In this document: in pieces, positions 54,097-64,000 of the stretch
Numbering within the stretch: the first letter of the stretch is position 1
Layout: each line of letters starts with the position of its first letter
Notes under the pieces: model-generated
Told to the model about the DNA's origin: nothing
The model's input: the letters and a program-made list of their open reading frames with translations, nothing else
Database searches by the model: none
NCBI RefSeq assembly: GCF_006345805.1
Contig: NC_043008.1
Span: 53,692,001 to 53,756,000 of the forward strand
DNA: 64,000 nucleotides
From: Octopus sinensis
Lineage: Eukaryota
Reading direction: 5' to 3'
Program-made: the position numbers and the translations under genes

Positions 54097-54228
54097 ATAG
54101 AATGGTTGTATACTGTCAATCTAACAAGAAGCTTTCAGGAGGCGTTCGATGCCTCCTAGGGCTATACAACGGTGGTGTACCCCCTATTGTCACGTTCTTG
54201 TTAGATTGACAGTATACAACCATTCTAT
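54097..54228. repeat. Perfect 34-bp inverted repeat enclosing a smaller hairpin
   Basis: ATAGAATGGTTGTATACTGTCAATCTAACAAGAA / TTCTTGTTAGATTGACAGTATACAACCATTCTAT; inner hairpin AGGAGGCG..TGCCTCCT. Confidence 0.9.
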
Positions 54229-54278
54229 CGCCCCACCACCGTACATCTCTCTACGAGAGATTTAGAAATTCAATATTT

Positions 54279-54370
<92 letters not shown>

Positions 54371-54380
54371 TATATAAATA

Positions 54381-54640
54381 AGCTTTTTAATATTCTCCGA
54401 AGAGTCTGAGGAACTTGCACAAAGTAGATGTAGCGGTTTTTAAATCAAAGCTGGACATCTTCCTGTCGAGAGTCCCAGATGAACCTACCTCACTGCTAGA
54501 GGTGCAAGTGAGAGTAGCTGTATCAAACTCCATTCTTCACCAAGTGCCACATATTAGACGAGGTTCGTCGCAATAACAGTGTAGCACAAAATGGTGGTGC
54601 ATCAGCATGGCCGCAGCTCTGAGCTGAAACTAGAAAAAAA
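54381..54640 (+). mobile_element. CR1-type LINE 3' end
   Basis: LFNIL..KSLRNLHKVDVAVFKSKLDIFLSRVPDEPT..SNSILHQ; tail GGTGGTGCATCAGCATGGCCGCAGCTCTGAGCTGAAACTAG-A(n). Confidence 0.82.
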
Positions 54641-54690
54641 AATATATATATATATATACATACACACACACACACATATATATATATATA

Positions 54691-55075
54691 CTAGCAGTAT
54701 CGCCCGGCGTTGCTCAGGTTTGTAAGGGAAATAACTATAAAGCATTTTTAGAGAGTGATAGCCAAAAAATAGCAAAAAAATGGGAAAAAATGATGGTAAA
54801 TTTTTTTTGAGATTTAAAAAAGGTGAGTTGTTGCGTCCCCTAGACAGTTTGTGGTTCGTGTTTCTGATTCTCGACCCCATGTCGAATTTATCGATTTTTT
54901 CAGAACTGGGAGAACTTTTCAAAATTTTCGCTGCGTTAGTTTTTGAATTATGACATTGGGCTATGTGTGTGTCAAGTTTCATCAGAATCGGTTGAAAGCC
55001 GTGGTCAGGGTGAGGGTACAAGCAAACAGAACACAGAAACACGCACAGACAAACTGCCGTTTATATAGAGAGAGA
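54691..55075 (-). mobile_element. Non-autonomous Helitron
   Basis: Minus strand starts TC after A and ends with the hairpin CCTGAGCAACGCCGGG followed by ..CTGCTAG and T; internal CAACCGATTCTGATGAAACTTG. Confidence 0.82.
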
Positions 55076-55141
55076 TATATACATACATACATACATACAT
55101 ACATAATATATATATATATATATAATATATATACATACATA

Positions 55142-55208
<67 letters not shown>

Positions 55209-55524
55209 ATATACGTACACACACACGCACACATATCTATAAGTAAATAGGAAATAGTGACACAACAAGATACCAAATTTTGCTGGAAATAATAGTTGAT
55301 AACCGTTCGCCGCTAGGTAAAACTTCACTGAATGTGTAGAGGCAAAGATGTGTGCGGGCGGCGAATATAAAAATTTTCGTGTTACCTCTAGGAAAAACGA
55401 GAAAATGAAAAGAGAAATGGATTTTCGAACTTTTCAGAATAGGTTTGTTATCGTAAAACTGATTGGTCCTCATCAGCTAGGTCTACCGTAGAGACTAAAT
55501 TTAAAATATCCGCTACATCAATAC

Positions 55525-55845
55525 CTGTATGTATGCATGCAATTATGTATGTATGTATGTATGTATGTATGTATGTATGTATGTATGTATATGTATGTAT
55601 GTTGTAGTATGTATGTATGCATGTATGTATGTATGTATGTAGAATGCATGTATGTATGTATATGTATGTAGCATGTATGTATGTATGTATGTATGTATGT
55701 ATGCATGCATGTATGTATGTATGTATGTATGTATGCATGTAGGTAGTATGTATGTATGTATGTATGTATGTATGCATGCATGCATGTATGTATGTATGTA
55801 TGTATGTATGGATGATGTATGTATGCATGCATGTATGTATGTATG
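55525..55845. repeat. (TATG)n microsatellite
   Basis: Seen directly. Confidence 0.95.
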
Positions 55846-56289
55846 TATAATACGATCCAGGGATCTGAAGTTACTCAGTAAGCGACTAGCAGTATGTGGC
55901 AGGTAAAAAGATCAAAAAGTGAACAATCTACGATAAGAAACAATAACGATTTATTGAGTTTGGGAGTTGAAGTTGCGCATTTTTTCCCAAATCTAAATTG
56001 CGACGAAATTCGACGAGCTGACAGTTTCAATATAACTCACACGGACGCAAATGAAGCTGCTACAAATGCGAATAAAACTGTAAGGTGAGGGAGTAGAACA
56101 GGTAAAATACAAGCTGCATATGTTTCTTAGCCAGCAGAAGCTCATAATGTTCAATGAGTAATGCTCGACTTAGTTAACCAACAGGCTGAGATTATATAAT
56201 GAAACGAAGGTTAAACAGTCGCTCGGAATTTTCAGGTCAACTCCACCGTAAGGCTACGTAGAACTGAAATATGTAGCATGCATTTTATC

Positions 56290-56495
56290 TGCTCCATTTC
56301 CACGTGTGTTTCGTTGACGATTTTCTTTCTCCGTCTTCCCTTCCTTTGACCTTTCCTTTTACTATGCTTCTGACGATGAGCTCCACTCGAAACGTTAAAT
56401 CCCCCTTCTTTCCTTTCCTGAGCGTCTAATAACACTATACGTGTTGCACGTCCTCGCGTTGTTGTGTTTTCTCTTTGTTCATGTTTGGATTAACT
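56290..56495 (+). mobile_element. Penelope-like terminal fragment with a minimal hammerhead at ~56366-56400
   Basis: CTGACGA-T-GAG ctcca CTC-GAAA-CGTT-AAAT; same family as 19766-19974. Confidence 0.6.
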
Positions 56496-56805
56496 ATATA
56501 TACACGTGCGTGCGTGTGTGTGTGTGTGTTTGTGTGTGTGCGTGTATGCGTGTGTGTGCGTGTGTGTTTGTTTAAATATATATAGGGTTGGCCAAAAGCC
56601 ACCTGCTAGTAAATCAAAGTCATTGAATTCCAAAATTTAACACGTGAATGAATTTAATAAGAGCTTCTAAATATATAACATGAAAATAGTTCAAATTGAA
56701 GTTCTGGAACGTTTCAAGAATGCCTTTCTTGAACACACACTCTCAGGCACACACATACACATGCATGCGCGCACACACACACACACATGTATATATGTAT
56801 GTATA

Positions 56806-56844
<39 letters not shown>

Positions 56845-57698
56845 TAGAGAGAGAGACACACACATACATACATATACATGTATATGATATATATGAATAT
56901 AGATATACATATAATTACACACACTCACATACGTGTGTGCATGTGTGCCTGTATAGATATATGTGTTGTGTACCTATGTACGCATATATGCATGTACAGG
57001 CATGTGCGTTATCATATGTATGTGTGGGTGTGTGTGGGTGTGAATGTTGATGTGCAGTATAACATAAAATTATACACTTCGGGGCCAAAAATTCAAAGAT
57101 AAACTGATTTCCTTCATTTTATGTTAGTTGTGTAAACATTACCAAACAATACCGTTTTACACGTGCAGCTCATGTATAATTCAACGATTCCAAATTTCTT
57201 TGCTTCCAATATATCAAATTGCACGAGATTTACAAGAAAGCGTGTGCTTCGTATAGATAACGAATTGTAAAGATATTTTCACAGTGTCTGATACCTCAAG
57301 TGCTGTGTTGTTTTGATGACAACTTCCAATACACGTGTGTAGATTTGGCTGTAAACCATTTCATAGGAAGCATTTTGTTAGTAATCAAATAGCGCAGTGG
57401 AAAAAAAACATTGCTTGAGCTTCCCTAACTCTTCCAAGAGATTCGCAAGCAAACAAATAATTAGTTTTGTGTTGACAGATTAATTGCTATCAGGTACTTA
57501 ACACAGATACATAATATATACTTTAACATAAGCATCTCTCTCTCCCCACCATCTCTCTGTGTGTCTTTCTGCCTATCTGTCTGTCTGTCTCTATCTTTCT
57601 ATCTATCTATCTATCTATCTCTATCTATCTATCTTCTATCTAATATGTACCTATCTGCCCAAATATATATCTATCCATACATATATATATATCTATAT

Positions 57699-57729
<31 letters not shown>

Positions 57730-58507
57730 GGTACACACATATATGTGTGATCTAAAATGCTTTTCCGAATGATGACATATTTTGCTTCATTTTATATTTT
57801 GATCCAATATATATATATATATTATATATATATTATATATATATTATATATATATATATAATATATATATTTATAATATATATACATATATATGTACACA
57901 CACACACACACACGACGGCATATATATATATACATATATATATGTGTGTGTGTGTGGTGTGTGTGTGTGTGTGAGTGCGTATCTGTGAGTGTCTGTGTGT
58001 GCATGTATATATACACATATATATGTATATGTAGATAAGTAAGTTAGCTAACAATGATTTCTATTGATCTGCTGTTGGGAAAACCGGATCTGAACAGTAG
58101 TGGTCAGGTGTCAAAACGATTGTTATATTTGTTTGACCGCTGACGATGTTATGTACATTTGATATTCTTGTTTGTGAATTTTTACGATCCGGGTGTCGTT
58201 ATACTGAGCTGTATTTCATACTTGTAAAATTGAATGTGTTTATGGTGATGTTGGATGATTTATATTATAGGTGATCAGCAGAGGCAAAAAGAATATTTTT
58301 TTGCGGGCGCCACCAATTGTGAAGCTCCTAGTCTTATCACTAAATGTGTGAAACTATATATTAGCAATTGTTTGATAATTGATGAAGAATTTAGGACCTT
58401 CTATGTATATCCCCCCCCGTCCGGTTTTAAACTCAGTATACGTTATGCAGTATGTTTATTAACCATAACGTTTTTTTCCATTTATATATATATATATAAT
58501 ATATATA

Positions 58508-58552
<45 letters not shown>

Positions 58553-58597
58553 ATTCACAGATCCAAGAATATATATATATATGTGTGTTGTGTGTGT

Positions 58598-58889
58598 GGA
58601 GGCGCAATTGCCGAGTGTTTAGGGCAGCGGACTCATGGCCGTAGGATCGCGGTTTCGATTCACAGACCGGGCGTTTTGCGTGTTTATTGAGCGAAAACAC
58701 CTAAAGCTACACGAAGATCCGGCATGGGGTGGTGGCGATACCTGCTGTACTCTTTCGCCACAACTTTCTCTCACTCTTTCTTCCGTTGGCCTGCTCGCTT
58801 AGCGAGCGGGGTGGCGTCATTCGAAGGCTAAAACTATGCGAAGCGCATTGTGACCAGCGATGTGTAGCAACATCTGATAGCCTGATCGG
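58598..58889 (+). mobile_element. tRNA-derived SINE, family B
   Basis: Matches 41646-41951. Confidence 0.88.
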
Positions 58890-59445
58890 GAAAAAAAATA
58901 TATATTCAACTTACAATTTTTACTAATCAAACCGATTTCTGGTTGTGCTCGCTTTAAAACCTGGCAACTAGGCTATGCTAACGAACTCTTGCTTGTGATC
59001 TTTTAAAGTAATCCGAACTGAAAGAATAATAAACGTTACGTTTTAAATACGCTTTATCAAGAGGTTAGGTGATAATACGGAATTTAAATATGTGTATACA
59101 TATGATGTGTACGTGATGTGTGTTTGTGTATGTATGCATATGTATGAATATGTGTGTGTATTATCTCTTTATCTAGCTATCTGTCTGTCTATCTCTCTCT
59201 ATATCTATATTTGCGTGTCTGTGTCTACACACATATATATATATATATACATACAAGCATATACATGCATACTTACATATGCATATGTGAGAATCATGCT
59301 TTCTTCTGTCAGATTTATTTCACCGTACGAGATTATTATCCTGTGTATTTGAAAAGATGAAGATGAAAGCCTGCATCCTCTTTGAATGTGTTTGAAGTGC
59401 TAACTCTTTTAAGAATGAACGTTCGAGAAATTGAAGCAACGTTAC

Positions 59446-59515
<70 letters not shown>

Positions 59516-59554
59516 ATGTCTGTCTCTCTGTCTCTTTATCTATCTATCTATCTG

Positions 59555-59612
<58 letters not shown>

Positions 59613-59915
59613 CATATATCTATCTATCTATCTATCTATCAATCAATCAATCTTACTATCTATCTATCTATCAAACTATCTATCTATCTGTCTGTCTATC
59701 TATATATCTATATATCTATGTGTCTGTCTACCTATCTCTCTCTCTACCTATCTATCTATCGGTATATTCTATTATCTATATATATCTATATCTATATCTA
59801 TCTATCTATCTATCTCTCTCTCTCTCCTCTCTCTCTCTCTAGCTCTCTATATATATATATATATAATATATTATATATATATACATATACACATACATAC
59901 ACATGTATATATATA
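59446..59915. repeat. (TCTA)n compound microsatellite
   Basis: Seen directly; accounts for the 215-aa 'IYLS' ORF. Confidence 0.95.
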
Positions 59916-60589
59916 TTTAAATTGAACCAAGGCCTTGATATGAATATGCAGTTGAAAGGCGTAATATGGTTACAAAATGGAAGTAATAAACGGTACAGTC
60001 GAAGAAAGGACAAATGTCTTAATGTCTGAGAGGAGTTGCTGTCAAAAAGATTACAAGTTCTCAGACTATTAGCCTTATCTTCAGAGATGAAATATTTTTG
60101 TTTTAGTATTTACATATACATTACTTTTTGATCGATTTTTATCATCAGGTTCTTCATTCTTAGATGCTTTTGTTGTACCAGACCGAGTTCAGGCTATGAG
60201 TAATGGCGCAGCGTTCGTATATCAAAGTAACTGATGTTATCAACCACAGTTTAGAAATATATATTTCCAGTTCAAATCCAGTCTAGTATTGTTTATATAT
60301 CTAGTATTGAATCACCTGATTATTGAATATAAATCCGCTTGAAACGGAGTTTGAATATGAATCATATAAATAAATGATCATCTCTAAAGATGAGTTATTA
60401 ATGATGAATTAAGTTTGATCTTGGAATTCATTCTATCCAGAAAATAAAATATGTACACGTCTAGATACGAAACTAGCTTTACAACCGCGTGGTTTCTGAT
60501 TCAGTACGACTGCGAGAGACCTTGAGGACATGTTCTACTATAGCCCCTGGTCAAAAAAATTTCCTTCTGAATGAACCCAATGCACAGAA

Positions 60590-60985
60590 TGCAAGGATAT
60601 TGCATTTGTAAATCCATTATTTAGGCAGAATGGTATACATATAAAATTTCAATACCTAGTGATGGTATATATATAAGATTCCAATACTTTATTTTAAGTA
60701 CTATTGGAATTTACTCACAAGGTATTGGGATCTTATATGTATACCATTCTGCCTAAATAATAAATCTACAAATGCAATATCCCTGCATATCGCACATCTA
60801 TTTTCATTCCTCCACTTCATTCTCTCATATCTTTTCTAAATTAATTATTGCTTAACCATATTCTCTCACCGTTTCCGATGAAGGGATATAATAGATATCC
60901 CGGAAACAGCTATAAGACCTTCTATTTATAAATGTTCTAAAATCTTCACAGCGTTGGTTTTTTTATCTCATTCTGAAAAAAAAAT
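60590..60985 (+). mobile_element. Penelope-like fragment with 5' inversion and a minimal hammerhead at 60871-60918
   Basis: ~70-bp inverted arms 60590-60662 / 60715-60787; GTTT-CCGATGA-A-GGGATAT aatag ATATCCC-g-GAAA-CAGCTATA-AGAC. Confidence 0.6.
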
Positions 60986-61138
60986 TATATATACACAAGC
61001 TGATATACGTGCTACGTTGGACTTCTTATTCGCATAATCACCGTAACTAGAACTTAACTATGGTCTATCCATAGCACTTACTCAGCATTTCCTGACACCT
61101 TTGGGTCTCACTGACACCATCACCTTTCATAACCTCAC

Positions 61139-61182
<44 letters not shown>

Positions 61183-61204
61183 CCTATATATTATATATAT
61201 ATAT

Positions 61205-61256
<52 letters not shown>

Positions 61257-61264
61257 TATAATCG

Positions 61265-61442
61265 TTTTCATTGTTTCAATCATGGACTGAGGCCATGCGG
61301 GAGCACCACCTTCAAGGGATTTGTCGATTGAATTGATATCTTTTAAGGCTGTTACTTACTTATTCGGCTCTTTTGCCGACCCACTAAGTTAGACAAACAG
61401 GAGTAGTTGCCAAGTGGTAGTGCGAGACAAACACAACCACAA

Positions 61443-61479
<37 letters not shown>

Positions 61480-61480
61480 C

Positions 61481-61547
<67 letters not shown>

Positions 61548-61559
61548 GATAGATAGGCT

Positions 61560-61652
<93 letters not shown>

Positions 61653-61810
61653 TACGGGCGCATTTCATTTTCCGTCTGTCAAATCCACTCAGAAGGTGTT
61701 GATTGGCCAGGAGCTATAATAGCACCTATCCTGGGTGACACGCAGGGGGACTGAACCTAAAACCATGTGGTTGGAAGCCGACGTCTTACCTCCGCGGCCA
61801 AGTCTGCGCT
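61265..61810 (-). mobile_element. SINE family C with (CA)(TA)(GATA) interior; a + strand 3' half follows at ~61825-62025
   Basis: Homologous to 7942-8426. Confidence 0.78.
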
Positions 61811-62475
61811 TATACAAGTATATGAGTGTGTGCTTCCTGGCACCACCACAACTTGTGAAACCGCTCTTGGTTTGTCTACGTCCTCATAAATTAGCGATTG
61901 TATAAAAAAGACCAATAATAAATGTACCAGACTTAAAAACTTAAGTTAAAAACCTAAGATTGAAATCTTGCACGCTGTGCCCCAGCATGGGCGCAGTTCA
62001 ATCAATGAAACAAGTAAAAGATGTAAGAGAAACTTGTTCGATGCATTACAGTCAGTAAACTGGTGCCAATAACTGAAATGAAAGACATCATTATTAACCT
62101 TACACAACATTAAGCACTCATGGCGTTTATATATTTACCTTCGTCCTGTTGGCTGTGGCTTGAGATAAAAGCAATTCATTATAATTAATAATTTCTTAAG
62201 AATTATTAAAATGAAAATGTAGAAACAATCACTCATGAACACGTAGTGCGTTTAAATGCTTCTGAATTATTACATGCATTCATATATCACCAATTGAAGA
62301 GAAAAAGTGGAGGAAAGTGGGCTGAAGTGGTTGTGATAAATTGCACTGCGCAGTTCAGGAGGTTGCATATGTTGCATATCCAAAGTTTCCTCCGTTGTTA
62401 TTCAATACAATAAGCATTCAATGCATTAGTAAAATTAAGTGAAAATTTTCAAATTCGGTTTATTGATGTAATTTT

Positions 62476-62905
62476 ACTGTATCTGAGCTAGGTAGGAATC
62501 AGCCCCTTTTGCGATCATTCCTAGGGAACCTATGACAATAGGTATTGTTTTTGTAGATCTGTCAAGATCTACTGAAAAGTAAGCAAATATTAAGATCTTG
62601 AAATAGAAATTGGCAAAATCTAATGATTGAATCCGCCCAGGCTCGGATAGCTTCAATCTTATTCCGTTCGTTTAATTCCGACTTAAGGACCAGTTTCAGC
62701 CTGCGCAAGTACTCCATATTAAATTTTTCTGTCATTTCTTTCTCCATCAATTTATCCATTTCCAATATACCCAAGTCTCTTATATCTGCTTCATAACCTC
62801 TCCCGATGGTATCGCTAGCCCATCCATACATTAGATTTTGCCTCTCTTCAAGACTCACCCACCACACTTTTGCAGTCCGAACTCCATTCTGATATCTACA
62901 TGGAA
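62476..62905 (-). mobile_element. R4/Dong-like non-LTR fragments (RT region and RLE C-terminus, with an inverted segment)
   Basis: LGILEMDKLMEKEMTEKFNMEYLRRLKLVLKSELNERNKIEAI..WA and TKTIPIVIGSLGMIAKG on -; SVKIY*KVSKY*DLEIEIGK on + at ~62558-62619. Confidence 0.78.
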
Positions 62906-62912
62906 AATATAC

Positions 62913-62913
62913 A

Positions 62914-62946
<33 letters not shown>

Positions 62947-62987
62947 GTTGTTGTTGTTGTTGTGATTGTTATTGTTATTGTTATTGC

Positions 62988-63041
<54 letters not shown>

Positions 63042-63132
63042 CACTATTATTATTATCACTATTATTATTATTATTATTATCCTTATTATTGTTGTTGTTA
63101 ATATTATTATCGTCATTATTATGATTGTTATT
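62913..63132. repeat. (TTA)n microsatellite
   Basis: Seen directly; a second tract lies at 63334-63402. Confidence 0.95.
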
Positions 63133-63325
63133 AAAAGTAGTTTTATTTTTATAGCGTGCTTTCACTTCACTACCGAGAGCAGCGCTGTGTGCCTTGGGTA
63201 TACGCTGTGATTTGTTGTGATGCTCTGATGGTTACTGTATTGAAAGTGTTTTGCGTAGGATGTGGGCAGTGACCAGTAGTGCAATTTTCTGTATGTTATA
63301 TGTATTTGCAAGTCCTGGTTTGTAA
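63133..63325 (-). mobile_element. R4/Dong-like 3' end embedded in (TAA)n
   Basis: PGLANTYNIQKIALLVTAHILRKTLSIQ* plus a ~100-nt 3' UTR, with (TAA)n on both sides. Confidence 0.8.
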
Positions 63326-63332
63326 GTCCTGG

Positions 63333-63403
<71 letters not shown>

Positions 63404-63406
<3 letters not shown>

Positions 63407-63830
63407 TGGCGAGCTGGAGGAAAGGTTAGCGCGCTAGGCACAATGCTTAGCGGCATTTCGTCCGAATTTAGGTTCTGTGTTCGAATGCCGCTGGATCGAC
63501 TTTACCTTTCATCCTTTCGGGGTTGATAAAATAAGTACCAGTTGAGTAACCGCTTCCTTCAAAATTTCAGGCCTTGTGTCTATATTAGAAAGGATTATTC
63601 TTATATCTAGATGGCACCAAGCTGGCAGAATTGCTAGTGCACTGGGCAAAATGTTTAACAGCGTTTCGTCCATCCTTACGTTCTGAGTCCGAATGCTGCC
63701 GGGGCCGACTGTGCCTTTCACCTTTCAGGGCCAATAAAATAAGTGCCAGTAGATCACTGGAGTGGATGTGATCGACGTTCACCTTCAAAAGAATCTGCTA
63801 GCCTTGCGCCAAAATTTAAAACCAATATTA
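63404..63830 (+). mobile_element. Two consecutive SINE family A copies
   Basis: GGTGGCGAGCTGG.. at 63405 and GGCACCAAGCTGGCAGAA.. at ~63613, both with the CCTTTCA.CCTTTC.GGG..ATAAAATAAGT.CCAGT core. Confidence 0.75.
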
Positions 63831-64000
63831 TTTTTCTGCGTATGTAATTTATATTAAATCATATATTAATTTACTAATATATATCACAAGTATATAATCA
63901 TCGGGTAAGTACGCAACCTCTCATACATAACCGGTTCTATTTGACACCAAAACCAATATACAACGATGAATTGTAATTAATATCGGCAACGAAAATTATA

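Noticed and set aside
55440-55485. Minus-strand CTGATGAGGAC as another hammerhead
   Set aside because: No GAAA or convincing stems I and III at the right spacing.

Overview
AT-rich animal genomic DNA, about entirely repeats. The SINE families and the (TA)n/(TATG)n/(TAGA)n/(TAA)n load look like Octopus or another coleoid cephalopod (inference from remembered repeat sequences). I found no convincing host protein-coding gene, and most ORFs in the track are microsatellite translations. The main signal is at 1-4108: a tandem array of ~490-bp units in which every unit carries a type I hammerhead ribozyme fold (8-bp stem I, CUGAAGA core, long stem II, GAAA, near-palindromic stem III, GUA cleavage triplet). 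There are nine copies, three on the - strand and six on the + strand, joined head-to-head at ~1230. This matches a non-LTR retrozyme / ribozyme satellite that would self-process into ~490-nt monomers. The rest is decayed transposons: Penelope-like elements (a GIY-YIG remnant and several termini with hammerheads), mariner/Tc1, hAT-Charlie, a Helitron, CR1, RTE, HERO-like, R4/Dong-like and Tx1/L1 LINE pieces, three tRNA-derived SINE families (one sharing its 3' tail with CR1), foldback elements, minisatellites and a 1376-bp tandem duplication. All family calls come from manual translation or pairing against remembered consensus motifs, not from database searches, and boundaries of decayed elements are approximate.
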